Shown: positions 1-13,121 of the stretch, piece by piece
How positions within the stretch are numbered: the stretch's first letter is position 1
How the letters are laid out: every line of letters starts with the position of its first letter
Origin: Macrostomum hystrix
Lineage: Eukaryota; Animalia; Platyhelminthes
Assembly: GCA_950097015.1 (NCBI GenBank)
Contig: CATNEN010000007.1
Span: 3,596,001-3,660,000 of the forward strand
Length of the DNA: 64,000 bases
Reading direction: 5' to 3'
Position numbers and translations under genes: made by a program
Notes under the pieces: generated by a model
What the model saw: the letters and a program-made list of their open reading frames with translations, nothing else
The model's database searches: none
Told to the model about the DNA's origin: nothing

Positions 1-357
1 TTTGGCTATCGGAAAACTGTCTAGAAACTTGCTGCTTTATAATAAGTAAATTAGCAAAATAGATATGTATCGTAAAATTTATATAGAAGTAAAGTAAATA
101 TTTAAAAATATAGATATATATTAGAGAAAATGCCATTCGATCCTATTTGCAAAGTAGTAAAAGCTTTTAATTAGACAATTTAGTTTCATGTAAGGTAATT
201 AGAAAACTTTAGATGTTAAAATTGTGTCAGCAATGGAATCAATTACATAGTCAGATTCTAATCAGGGTGAAACTCGGGTGCAGCTTATCATCAGATAGTT
301 CATTCAGTTTTTACCTAATTCAACACTGCTGCTTGTATTGTACTTTCTGTGGTAAAC

Positions 358-3095
358 TCAGAACTTGAAGCCGCCTGGCGGGGCGTTCGTGTCGGTCGGA
401 GCTGAGAAGTCGATCTGGCCGCTCCCGGCGCCCCCAATGCCGCCGGCCTCATCGGCGCCGCCTTCGTCCTCGGCGCTGAAGTAGGTTTCAATCATCTGCT
501 GGGCCATTTCGAATACTCGTTCGTTCTCGTGCTCCTGCAGGGCTTCGAGTTTGTCTAGGCCGCCGCAGCCTTCAATCACGATGCACATGTCGTCGGCCTG
601 GCCGTACTTCTTGGCCAGACTGAGCAGGGAGTTAAGCGACTCCATTACTATGCAGACTATCTTGGCCTCTTGAACGGCCAGCATCTCGCAAAGGGCCGGA
701 ACAACATTCTGATTGGCCAGGTAGCTGATCTGGGCTTCGCTGCCGCCAGTGACCATGTTGGTTAGGGCCCAGGTGGCCTCTTTCTTGGCTTTGAAGTCGC
801 CGTTAACCATGATGCCAATTAGTGGCGGAATCAGGTTGTTGTCGATCACCTGAGAGTGAGAGATTGCAGCGAAATCAGTGCACAAGATGCCCAAAGGTCA
901 TCAAACTGAGGAAGGCAGTGCTGAAGGGTCATAAGACTGATGGAGGCGGTGATGGAAGGTCATGAGACTGATAGACGCAGTGATGGAAGGTCATGAGACT
1001 GATAGAGACAGTGATGGAAGGTCATGAGACTGATAGAGGCAGTGATGGAAGGTCATGAGACTGATATAGACAGTGATGGAAGGTCATGAGACTGATAGAG
1101 GCAGTGATGGAAGGTCATGAGACTGATATAGACAGTGATGGAAGGTCATGAGACTGATAGAGGCAGTGATGGAAGGTCATGAGACTGATAGAGGCAGTGA
1201 TGGAAGGTCATGAGACTGATAGAGGCAGTGATGGAAGGTCATGAGACTGATAGAGACAGTGATGGAAGGTCATGAGACTGATAGACGCAGTGATGGAAGG
1301 TCATGAGACTGATAGAGGCAGTGATGGAAGGTCATGAGACTTATGGAGGCGGTGATGGAAGGTCATGAGACTGATAGAGGCAGTGATGGAAGGTCATGAG
1401 ACTGATAGAGGCAGTGATGGAAGGTCATGAGACTGATAGTGGCAGTGATGGAAGGTCATGAGACTGATAGAGACAGTGATGGAAGGTCATAAGACTGATA
1501 GAGGCAGTGATGGAAGGTCATGAGACTGATAGAGGCACTGATGGAAGGTCATCAGACTGTAACGGAGGCTGTTTGGAAGATTAAAAGAACAGCGCCTCTG
1601 TCGCCAACACACCATTTGAATCTGTGATTGCGATCCGGCCAGCACATTGGAGAGGGCCCACGCAGCCTCCTTGACAATGTTAGGCTTATTGTGGAGCAGG
1701 AGACGGTGGCACTTTGGCAGGAAGCCGGCAGCCAGAGCGGTGTCAGTCTGCTCATCGGTGCCAGTCACAATGTTGCCAATGGTGCGCAGAGCCGGTGTCA
1801 CAATGGCGGCGTCAGTGTGGTCGAGCAGAGCCACCATGGTTGGCAGTACACCGCTGGCGATTACCTGCAGGCAATGGATTTGATCAGATATAATATCCAG
1901 CTATCCAATATCTGAGGGCGATGATAAACTAAGGGAGAAAAGGAGCAAAACTCACCTGACCAATCAGGTCATTAGCTGCGTCAGTAACGTAGCTCATCGC
2001 CCAGCAGGTGTCCTGCACGACCTCCTTGTGCGGCGCCTGCAGCAGGGCGGCCATGGCTGGCAGCAGTTCCAGCACAGCGTGCGACGGCGGCGGCGGATTC
2101 TTGTTGCGGCACAGGTTGCTAAGCAGCCAGGCGCAGTTGCCTAGCAACGAGACGCTGCCGTCCGATCCGCTGCTGCTGCTGGCCGCGGATTCGCGCGAGA
2201 TACGCTGCAGGAGGCGTAGCAGCGGCTGGATGACGCCAGCTTTGATGGAACGATCGCGCAGCTCCGAGCCGTCGCCGGCGATGTTGCCAAGAGCCCAGAC
2301 CGCCTGCTCGGCGATGTTCAGGTGCTCGGAATTGAGCAGTTCAATTAGAGGAGGCAGAGCGCCGGATTCGACAACAGCCAGGGTGTGCTTGCTCTCACCG
2401 CTGGCAATGTTGGTTAGGGCCCAGGCGGCCTCGAAAACAACCTGCAATTGGAGATGGAGGCATTCAAGCAATTTTCTATCTGTCACGGACATCTGGGATC
2501 TGTACAGGGCAGTTTAGCTGCCTGTACCCCGTGTTTACGGAAGCCCAGAAGTGAAAAGTTTATAACGTTCAGGGACTTTAAGAGAGGAAATAGGAAGATA
2601 TCTTTTGAAAGCTAGACCCACCTGGTGATTAGAGGGGCGAGCCAGCGCCAGTACTAGCTCGGGCAGGACGCCGCGGCTAACAAAATCATCGATTGGCGGA
2701 TGCCGCTCCTTGGACAGCGCCCGCCTGCAGGCTTGAATAGCCGCGAACCGATCAGCCGGCGAGCCAGTCTTCATAGCCTTGCAGATCTCGTCAACGCTGG
2801 CGTTGGCAAAGGCGTTGTTGGAGTCGCGCAGCGGGCTAAGTACACCTGACTTGCCGCTGGAAGTCTGCTGCTGCTGTTGCTGCCCAGCAACACCCAGGTT
2901 AAGATCGTCGTCCTCATCTCCGACGCCCAGATCGATGTTTCGCCGCTTCATCATCTGCTCAGTCTTGGAAGCCTTACGCAGTTCAACACTAGCGTCATTG
3001 CGTCGGCGACGCAGCTCTTCGCCGTCCTTGTCCTTGTTCTTGTATAGGCGGGAGCGCTCAGACGGAGTGCCGCCAGTGCGAGATGAAGACTCCAT
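358..3095 (-). CDS. KPNA: Importin subunit alpha (karyopherin alpha), 4 exons, 567 aa
   Basis: IBB domain ([15 protein letters not shown]...KRRNI) followed by ARM repeats ([46 protein letters not shown]). Exons 2622-3095, 1956-2441, 1613-1864 and 358-849 have GT-AG ends, all phase 0, and sum to 1704 nt. Confidence 0.96.
925..1560. repeat. 31-bp minisatellite (AGTGATGGAAGGTCATGAGACTGATAGAGGC), about 20 copies, in importin intron 3
   Basis: Period of 31 read directly (catgagactg at 961 and 992). Confidence 0.95.
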
Positions 3096-4145
3096 GTTAA
3101 GATAGCTGGGAAGGTCGGCTTCAGTAGCTATGTAGGAAAAAATGAAAAAAAATTAAAGCCAACTCTATTATACTTTATTTACTTAAAGATTACAATTTAG
3201 CAATCTAAAATTTATTATTCAGTGACTAAATTCCAATTCCAAACAAATATTTATTCTCTTCTTGGCAGATTAATAGGTTTTTACATTAAACTAGACTATT
3301 TAAATGGCTATACAAATTAATTTAGTAACTTCAAGCAATTTGTATTTAAGTTTGATGTCCTTAGGTCATTTTTGTAACAATTTATTTTAGAAAAAACCAG
3401 GGCAGTAGTTTTTTAGATTATATCTGGTTGATATGTCTGTTGATCTGGAGATGATGTCTGGTTGATATATTCTGCAATCTTAACAGTGAATTATTTTTGC
3501 AAAATATGTGTTGTGTTATCTTTTTATTTACTAGGTAAAATGTGAGTTTAGATTTTAAACATTATTTATTATTTGAAAAACCAAACCACCAAAATAAGAA
3601 ACCAAAAATCTTGACACTGAGTCTAAGGCGATCAAATTACTGGTGTCTAATAACTGCCATAGACTTTTACCTCAGTCAAAAGTAACCAAATGAAATTATA
3701 AAAAAAAATGGCAGACAAAAAACTTATTCAATTAAAACCTACAAATGCCTACTAATTGAATGCAAATAATTTCATTTTTCTGAAATTGTATAAATTTACA
3801 TTATAGTTAGGTTATTGAACTCTATTTTAATTAAAACTAATATTAACTAGAAATCGACAGGGCTGTTAAAGCCATCCAAAAAAATAACTACTGCCTTGTT
3901 TACACACTGCAAGACTCCAATGTGTCTCATTGTGGTCCATTTAAGTTTTTACACAGATTTGCCTAATAAGTAAATTTGCTATGTCCTAGTTCCCCCATTA
4001 AATGATTTTGACACAAAATTTGGTAGCAAACAAACAAAAGCACATTGATTAAAGCAGTAAAACAAGTCATAAGGCTTTAGAAAAAGTATTAAACAGCATA
4101 GTAATGGGTCCATCAGTACGGAAAGTTGCCAAAACTTCTCTCTGT

Positions 4146-4346
4146 GTAGAGTCAGTGATAGAGGAATTTGCTGAGGTAAGAGTCAAAAAGGTCACCATTG
4201 CCCATCAGCTAATCTCTGTGACCTTGAGATCACTCACCATAATCTGGTGCTACTGACATTTTTCATGCATAGTCACATTGTTAGCATGGCACTGGTGACC
4301 ATTTTTTGTCTCCCACCTCAGCAAGTTCCTTTGGCACTGACTCTAC
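4146..4346. mobile_element. Degenerate foldback/MITE-like element
   Basis: GTAGAGTCAGTGATAGAGGAATTTGCTGAGGTAAGAGTCAAAAAGGTCACCA matches the reverse complement of about 4292-4346 with scattered mismatches. No clear TSD. Confidence 0.45.
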
Positions 4347-7282
4347 CTAGATATGAGTTTTGGTTGGCAACTTTCTTTATTGGCTGAACCATTACTTTCC
4401 TGTGTAATACTGTTTCTCAAGCACAATGACCCATTTCACTGTTTTAATACCATAGTCTGGATATATACATTATCCAGGAAAATTCTGGCATACATTTGCC
4501 CTGGGCCAAAAAAATTGCTATATAAGTTTGGGTGTAATTAGTGTACATGTGTGATTAAGTTGGCATACTTCGCATATTTACAAAACCTGAAAACAACCCA
4601 ATTACTTTGACAAAGTATTCTATTTGCAATTGCAACTTTAAACTTTACTATAGTTTTTGGTAAGTCTGTTATTTATTTTGAGTGACAAACGAATTATCTG
4701 CACAATAATTACTTTATTACCTAAGATCTCCTCACATTTATAGTTGACATGAAATATTGGTAAGTCAAGGTTTAAATAGCAAATTTTAGTTGTAATATGC
4801 TGTCAGCAAAGTTGATCAGCAATGCTTGGAAAAGTCCCAACGCTCCTACATTGGCAGCTCAGCAAATGTTTTGGATGAATAACCTATTGCATATAACCTG
4901 CTGTAATCCTTGTCCCATTATTGTCACCCTTTGTAACTATAGTATAAGACTATTTTGACTTGAGCTGTGTCTTCTGCCTTGCTTTTTGTCATTTATATTT
5001 GAAATCTAGTTGGCATACAGTCATAATTTTATTATTTGGCTAACACTGGCATTCAAAAGCAAGCATCCTAATTTTCCTTCCAGCATACATTTAGCATGAT
5101 CTAGACTATGGTTTTATTAAACTAGTTTTTTTGCATACAATTTGAGGTCAGAATAATTTAACACAGGAAACTAAGACATCATAGTATATTTTACATAAGT
5201 AATATTCAATACAATAAGGAGTATACAATACTTTTTAATTTCGTAACAACTACTTAAGTACTTGCTACAGCAAAATGAATGAATTGCTAGTTAGATTTCT
5301 TTTTCTTAATTCAAACAAAAGTTTTATTTGCATTTAAATTAATTTCACTTATTAACAAATGTTGTGGAAAAGAACGCATATAAACAGCTTGATTTTTAAA
5401 TGATGCTAAAATAATCTACACAGTACAGTACAGGCCCAGATATACAAAGATAATAACATTTGTTAACATGACAAATTGTCAGTTGCCTGAGTGGCTGGTA
5501 GCTACCAAGGTGGACTGTTTATCATAAGGCTCATCATAAGGCTCATCATAAACAGTGCATAAAGCACTGTTTAACAGTTATTTAACATTTTCATTTTTAT
5601 ATAGCCTATAGGCTATAGGCCTGGTGGAAAGTTATTTGAGCTGGTTTATTATCATTGCTTAAATAAAGTTTTTTATAAGGACATGGTTTCTTAAAACGAA
5701 CTAACATTTTCTTTTAATGAGTTGTAGTTAATAGAATCAATATTGCAAAACAAAAATGTAATTGTTTTAGATATACATTAGTTCTAACCTATGTGAACAG
5801 AGTGGGGAAGCGAATCTTGAAAAAATATACGAAATCTTTAAGAAAACTTACGTGGGCAACTTAATGACAACCAGTATAGGTAACAAATTAAATTTAAATT
5901 ATGACACGTGAGTCGGGAACAGACGTATAAAGTAAAGTAGTAGCGTGCGTCCGTGCGGAATCTGTACTTGTGAGTACGGTTTGTATTGGCGGGACTAACG
6001 ATGCCATAAAACAAACGATAAGTTGACTAAAAAGCAGGAGGCTGAATTCACGAAAAAAAGGTTGTTTCGCGGTCAAATAAAGTTACTTTTCTAAACATAC
6101 GTGTAATAAAATTGCAAAATACTTAAAAATTTATTTTTTCTGTTTGCAATCCGAGATTTCCAAGGACTTATATATATAACTCTTTTCTGAATAAATTATC
6201 CTCCGACTTCATCAATCCTGGTCTTTGTTTCCTTCTCATTTCGTCATTCTTACCTTTTCTAAGAAGCATTTGCATGCTACAAAGATCGATGTCACACAGC
6301 ATACAAGCTAGTTTTTTGACAATTCAGTCGAATTGCTAAATACAAGAGCTTATCTTTATAGGATTTCCCAAACATTGAAACTTCCTTCCTCCTTTTGACC
6401 TTAACTTGTGACGGCCAGTTGACTGATTTGTTTTAGAACAGAAGCCTAAATTCGTCGATTGCACATTACCGGATGATCATGATTTCGTTTTCATCCGTTT
6501 TCATCTTGTTGTCTACTTAAGTAGTGATCAACACTTCATATGTGTAAATATTTTGTCTTTTATTCATATTTTCCTAGTAATCTGTGTATTTCACAATGCA
6601 ATACAGTTCATATTTTTTTGGCAGACTTTAAGCGACAATTAAGATTATAGTTCTGTTAATATGCATAATAATAAAAGTATATAACTTTTGTTGAAAGATG
6701 GCTGTCTCCGGAAAAACACAATAATATTTTTAGGTCATGAAAATCACACTATTTTTCGGATATTCAGGCGGAATGAATTTTCTTCCTGTGCAGAGCTTCT
6801 GATTGGAAATCGTACGACAACGCAACAATAGACGCGAGGTCTATTTTCCTCGATGCGGTACTCTGAAAAAGTGGCAGAGATTTATTATTTAATACTCGTA
6901 GTTGCTAGAAGCTTATGTACAAACTAACTGTTTCATAGAAAAATGACAAAAAGCCCCGATCAGTTGCATTATATTCTGTCTTAGTGCTCGGATTATATAT
7001 TCAAGAGAAACAACTCGCTGCAAAACAGACTGCAAACAATTATAGAGGGGCTAAGCATCGTTTATAGACTGCACTACAATTAAGTAGGTTGGATATATTA
7101 TAATTCCAATTTACACGTTCACGTGTATTATGTAAAGCATCGAAATAATCTGTACAACACATGCTCGTAAAATATCACGTGTATAGTTATAATGCCTGAA
7201 GTTGCACAAAAACCATAAGAAAAAACTTAAGAGCCTATTTGTCTATGTGCGAGTAATGTATGTAAATTTCGGCAGAATTAAC

Positions 7283-10200
7283 TTACCTTTTTGCACCTGC
7301 ACCAGGCACAGCCAGAATTGCACTCATTAGCTCGGCGCACTCTTTTGAGCAGCTGCGCAGTGCCAGATCGTGCAGTGTGACATTCCGTGTCATCAACAGC
7401 TGCTGATTCACGGCGCCCAGCACTCTGGGAGACTGCAAAGCGAGACTTTGAACTTTAAATATGTGCGACTCACTCTTCAGATTTAGGTAAAGCATTTTCA
7501 AATTACTATGCATCACCTCGGCTAGCATGACGAGCTGGTGCACGAGCTCGCGACCACCAGAGCTGACCAGTCGCTCCAGCCTGTTGAGCAGATCGCGCAC
7601 CCTGCCTTCTGCTTCGGTCGGATCGAGAAGCTTGCGCACCAGCAGGAACAGACTGGCATCGTAGGTAGCCCGCAGGCACTGCAGCAGAGGCCTCTCGGGA
7701 TTCGCCACCCGATGAGCTTCAGACAGTGCGATTAGAAAGCTCGGTCCGTACTTTTGAAGGCCTATAAGCAACACACTAGTCTCTTCTAGAAGCATTGTCT
7801 TCTGATGCTGAACCTGAATGGCGGCTTCAGTGACCGCTTCCGGTGTGAAAGACGCAGGCCAGAGGAGGCCGCGGACTAGGGACGTCAAGAGGCGCGAGAC
7901 TCGCTGGTCACCGAAGCTGCGAAGCACGTCCATCATGATGGGACAGCCAAACTCTACAATGGTCGTGTTTGCATGCTCAAGGGGTGGATCGGAACTTTGC
8001 AAAATGCCGTAAACCAAATTTGCACGTACGATCGAAAATAATTATATATTATATTCCACCTTTGTAGAAAATATGAAGATTTTAGACGAATATAGATAGA
8101 TAGAATAGATAGAATAGATAGATAGAATAGATAGATAGAATAGATAGAATAGATAGAACAGAATAGAATGAATAGATAGAATAGATAGAACAGAATAGAA
8201 TAGATAGATAGAATAGATAGATAGAATAGATAGAATAGATAGAACAGAATAGAATGAATAGATAGAATAGATAGAACAGAACAGAATAGATAGATAGAAT
8301 AGATAGAATAGATAGAATAGAATAGATAGATAGAATAGATGGATAGAATAGATAGAATAGATAGAATTGATAGAATAGAATAGATAGATAGAATATATAG
8401 AATAGATAGAATAGATAAAATAGAATAGATAGAATAGATAGAACAGAATAGAATAGATAGATAGAATAGATAGATAGAATAGATAGAATAGATAGATAGA
8501 ATAGATAGAATAGACAGATAGAATAGATAGAATAGATAGATAGAATAGATAGAATAGATAGAATAGAATAGATAGATAGAATAGATAGATAGAATAGACA
8601 GATAGAGTAGAATAGATAGATAGATAGAAGATAGATAGAATAAGAAGATATTATGTTTTTGCAGGAGGGCTTATGGGCAATGGCGCATCATTTGTGACAC
8701 TGGACCCGCAGCCTGTGAAGAGTCAATTTTTCCCATTCCGATGAGCCATGAGCACACACGGACACAGGTGTGTCCATCTGCCCTGACTTTCGATCTCATC
8801 GCCAGGCAGAGCTGTACACTCTCACTGTGCCTTGGAGGTTGGCCTTCAAGGGCGTAAATTGCACAACAATGCCCCTAAACCTTCTCTCCGCGGCTGCGCC
8901 CCAAATGAATGTGGCCTCGCTGCGGAAATCGAGCTCAGGGATCTTGGTGCGAGAGGCAAGAGCGTTAGACCGCTCACCCACCCCCTCGAAGATCGATGCA
9001 AGTTTGGATTAAAAGCAGCTAACCATTGCTTTGATGATTTGCTCGCGAGAAATCCCAAAATAGTTCAGGCTTTCAACTAATGTCGGAGATCCAAGCATGC
9101 CACCCCAACAACAAGTACATCTGGCGCAGTTCTTACGCTTCTTGTAGTCTGAGCAGATGCAGCTGAGGCTCTTGCGACCGTAGAGAAGCAGTTTGTCCAC
9201 CATTGCGTAGGGATCCAAGTCCTGAGGCGTGTAGTTTTGAAATATTCGTTCGTTAATCGAAATCAGGGGTCTGGGTACTTCTACGTTCCTGTAGTTCGCG
9301 GGCCAAGAGACATTTCAAAGGAAGATCGCGGGCCGCATTGACATGGGAGAGATGGACAGGGGAGAGATGGACAGGGGAGAGATGGACAGGGGAGAGATGG
9401 ACAGGGGAGAGATGGACAGGGGACAAATGAGACATGGGAGATATGAGACAGAGGAGAGATGAGAAAGAGGAGAGATGAGAAAGAGGAGATATGAGACAGG
9501 GGAGAAATGAGACATGGGAGATATGAGACAGAGGAGAGATGAGAAAGAGGAGAGATGGGACAGAGGAGAGATGAGACAGAGAAGAGATTAGACAGGGGAG
9601 AGATTAGACAGGGGAGAGATGAGACAGGGGAGAGATGAGACATGGGAGATATGAGACAGAGGAGAGATGAGAAAGAGGAGAGATGAGACAGAGGAGAGAT
9701 GAGACAGAGAAGAGATTAGACAGGGGAGAGATTAGACAGGGGAGAGATGAGACAGGGGAGAGATGAGGCAGGGGAGAGATGAATAGGGGAGAGATGAGAC
9801 GGGAGAGATAAGACAGAGGATAGATTAGACGGGAGAGATGAGACAGGGGAGAGATGAGACAGTGGAGAGATGAGACAGGGGAGAGATGAGGCAGGGGAGA
9901 GATGAATAGGGGAGATATGAGACAGAGGAGAGATGAGAAAGAGGAGAGATGAGAAAGAGGAGAAATGAGACAGGGGAGAAATGAGACATGGGAGATATGA
10001 GACAGAGGAGAGATGAGAAAGAGGAGAGATGAGACAGAGGAGAGATGAGACAGAGAAGAGATTAGACAGGGGAGAGATGAGACAGGGGAGAGATGAGGCA
10101 TGGGAGAGATGAATAGGGGAGAGATGAATAGGGAGAGATGAGACGGGAGAGATAAGACAGAGGATAGATTAGACAGGGGAGAGATGAGACAGGGGAGAGA

Positions 10201-11020
10201 TGAGACGGGAGAGATAAGACAGAGGATAGATTAGACGGGAGAGATGAGACAGGGGAGAGATGAGGCAGGGGAGAGATGAATAGGGGAGATATGCGACAGA
10301 GGAGAGATGAGAAAGAGGAGATATGAGACAGAGGAGAGATGAGAAAGAGGATAAATGAGACAGGGGAGAAATGAGACATGGGAGATATGAGACAGAGGAG
10401 AGATGAGAAAGAGGAGAGATGAGACAGAGGAGAGATGAGAAAGAGGAGAGATGAGAAAGAGGAGAAATGAGACATGGGAGATATGAGACAGAGGAGAGAT
10501 GAGAAAGAGGAGAGATGAGACAGAGGAGAGATGAGACAGGGGAGAGATGAGGCAGGGGAGAGATGAATAGGGGAGAGATGAGACGGGAGAGATAAGACAG
10601 AGGATAGATTAGACAGGGGAGAGATGAGACAGAGAAGAGATGAGACAGAGGATAGATTAGACAGGGGAGAGATAAGACAAGGGAGAGATGAGACAGGGGA
10701 GACATGATACAGAGGAGAGATGAGACAGGAGAGATGAGACAGGGGAGAGATGAGACAGTGGAGAGATGAGACAGGGGAGAGATGAGACGGGAGAGATGAG
10801 ATAGAGGAGAAATTAGACAGAGGAGAGATCAGACACGGCTGCATCTGGCCCGCGGGCATCTGGATCCCTGGTCTAAATCAATCATCAATAACCATCGGTG
10901 GATCACCTCAACGAGCTGGTGCAGCTCCATGGCCGCTGTGCTGTAGGGACTCTGCAGAAGACCGCTGGTAATTCCGCCGAATTCCAAGCCGAGGACCTCC
11001 TTGAACTCAATTTCCAAATC
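7283..11020 (-). CDS. Highly divergent annexin-like protein (partial multi-exon model; may extend to about 13382 upstream and below 7283 downstream)
   Basis: Exon 10907-11020 (DLEIEFKEVLGLEFGGITSGLLQSPYSTAAMELHQLVE) joins in phase 0 to an exon starting at 9221 (DLDPYAMVDKLLLYGRKSLSCICSDYKK). ORF 7283-8017 has three helix-D/E-like segments (FGCPIMMDVLRSFGDQRVSRLLTSLVRG; RPLLQCLRATYDASLFLLVRKLLDP; TLHDLALRSCSKECAELMSAIL). Their spacing is about 85 and about 77 aa after removing an 84-nt GT-AG intron (7433-7516), close to annexin repeat spacing. Similarity judged by eye only. Confidence 0.5.
8095..8605. repeat. Compound (ATAG)n/(AATAG)n microsatellite
   Basis: Directly visible. Confidence 0.95.
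8660..8985 (-). mobile_element. tRNA-derived SINE, family A
   Basis: Reverse complement of the family consensus: A/B-box head (..GAGCGG..GAGCTCGATT..), body GGGGCGCAGCCGCGGAGAGAAGG, CTGCC-TGAC hairpin and 3' GGCTGCGGG stem arm. Confidence 0.85.
9264..10870 (-). mobile_element. hAT-like non-autonomous element with internal purine-rich satellite expansion
   Basis: Ends CAGGGGTC... and ...GATCCCTG; subterminal GGCCCGCG(GGCC) motifs; flanking 8-mers ATCGAAAT and GTCTAAAT (6/8 identical, resembling an NTCTAGAN-type TSD). Interior 9345-10830 is GAGAGATGAGACAGGGG-type repeat. Confidence 0.65.
9345..10830. repeat. Purine-rich 15-18 bp variant minisatellite (GGAGAGATGAGACAGGG/GAGG)
   Basis: Plus strand is almost all G/A. 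It produces the spurious LISPLSHLS-type ORFs. Confidence 0.95.
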
Positions 11021-11467
11021 CTGCGAGAAGCCAGTCGTTTTTTTCGTTATAAATTCACTAGAACAAAAACTGAGACTTATTTTTTGTTTATTGAACTATA
11101 AATGTACTCACGATAGAGTAGAGTTGCTTGACTCTTCGCTGAATAGTGAGTCGATCTCTGAGACTCTTGTTGACAAGACACGAAATCAGTGTCTCATTTG
11201 CTCTTCCTGGATATATTTAAAGTTCATTATGTGCTTTGATTGCGTTTTCAATTAATAATTTAATGAAAAATCTAATACTAGCGTGAAATAAGCAATTAAA
11301 GTTTTTATTCTACTCGTAATTATCTATTGACGATATAGTCCAAAGAAAAAATTCTAACTGGGAAAAGTTAAAATGTGAAAATGTGAGAAAAAAACTAACT
11401 TTTTTGTTTATTTCGAGTTAAAAAAGATAAGTTTTTTAAACACTAAATTTGAAAATCAGTTTTTTTA

Positions 11468-11775
11468 AATGGCAGAACGGTCTATCGCGTTTGCCTCTCG
11501 CGCCAAGGTCCCTGAGCTCGATTCCGCGGCGAGGCCCACATTCATTTGCATGGGACGCAGCTGCGGAGAGAAGGCTTGGGTGCCTGGGGATCATAAATTG
11601 CCTGACAATACGAAAGTCGGGGCAGATGTACATACCTGAGTGTGTGTGTGTGTGTGTTTGCGTACAGTATCTGTGTGCGTGTATGATTTGGAGTCAGCGG
11701 AATGGGCAGAATTGCCTCCTTGCTGGCTGCGGGTCTAGTGTCATTAAATGATTTGCCACTGCCCGCAGCCCTGCA
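11468..11775 (+). mobile_element. tRNA-derived SINE, family A
   Basis: GGCAGAACGG..CCAAGGTCCCTGAGCTCGATTCCGCGGCGAGGCC head; 3' stem GGCTGCGGG...CCCGCAGCC. Confidence 0.85.
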
Positions 11776-12408
11776 GCAAAAATATTTTTCTGGAAAAGCC
11801 TATTTCAATTGCAGATCACGTATTTAGATAGTTTTAGATGTTCAATTTAGACTTCGTCACGTGACGCATCATCAGTAGCTCATCTGAGCCACTGTTGAAA
11901 CTTTGCACACCGGATCTCTGGTTAATTGCCCTGAGCTTATCAGCGGTGCTCCCCTGTTCAGCCATATCTGGCTAGGAAATTCCTTTGAACATGGGGTCAA
12001 TTAGCCCCGCCAGCTACTCAATGAAACTCACCCGCTACCTAATCACAGAACTGACCACAGGAGGCCATTTCGTGCGAAGAATTTGATTTGACATTTGATT
12101 CACATTTGTAAATTATAAAAAACTGTGGTCCATTAAAGTACCTTGCGCTCGATAATAACACAATAATACAACTTTCAATCTCGACTTTGGCAAAAGTGAA
12201 TTCAATTTTGACAGCCCATAGGACAAGCTTGAAGTGACACAGACGGCAGCGAGCATTGGCACATCATTTGGTAAAAAAAATTAGTCTAAAATCGCTAGGT
12301 TTTTAGTAAGGAGGACTATGATTCCTTAATTAAACGCTGCTTTTCTTTAATTGGATGCACTTCCGACAGTCTTTACCACAGACAGCCGGCAGCCAGTGTT
12401 TGTTATTA

Positions 12409-13121
12409 TAGCTTTTGCCATTCAATCTCAGTGTTTTGTCATTCATACTCAGCCCCCATAGAATTAATCCAGCCAGTTGGCGTGGTTTGGCCCATAGACT
12501 ATCGCTCTGTGCCATTCAATCTCGGGTTTTGTCATTCAAGCTCAGGCTTTATAAGCTCGGTCTCTCAAACGCAGTCCTCCCAAAGACAGCTAAATTACAA
12601 ATTTATTCCATAGCATTTGCTTACATCGCCCGACTTACATGTGCTTACATGGGCCATGTGCTTACATGGAGCGCCTGGGCCACGTTGCACTAGACACTCT
12701 GAAGGCCGCAAACTGGGAGATTGCCTGCATCCGACTGTATCCACGGTGCATTATGCAAATTCCTTTTCTCTGAGTCACTGTTCTGATCCAAGACATAAAC
12801 AATTCCGCTCAAATCCGTATTTTCCTCACTATGATGCTAGAGGTGTTTGACTTGTAATGTGTATGAACTGCATTATGTTTAACAAGTTTAACATGTCTGT
12901 TTTTCGGTCCTGTGTTACATGAGCCGAGCTGAGGAATAATAACCTGTTCATTCCTTATCCACATTCCTTCTCCACATTAAAGCCTGAGTTTGAATGACAA
13001 AACCCGAGATTGAATGGCACAGAACGATAGTCTATGGGCCAAACGGCGCCAACTGGCTGGATTAATTCTATCGGGGCTGAGTATGAATGACAAAACACTG
13101 AAGATTGAATGGCAAAAGCTA
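12409..13121. mobile_element. MITE/non-autonomous DNA transposon with about 140-bp TIRs and TA TSD
   Basis: 12409-12550 (TAGCTTTTGCCATTCAATCTC...) is a near-perfect inverted copy of 12978-13121 (...GATTGAATGGCAAAAGCTA). TA flanks both ends. Confidence 0.8.

Noticed and set aside
9253-10859. Long low-complexity ORFs (LISPLSHLS...), and similar ORFs at 15495-16469, 17054-17685, 18531-19365, 47779-48783 and 51674-52159
   Set aside because: They are translations of stop-free minisatellites lying in introns or intergenic DNA.
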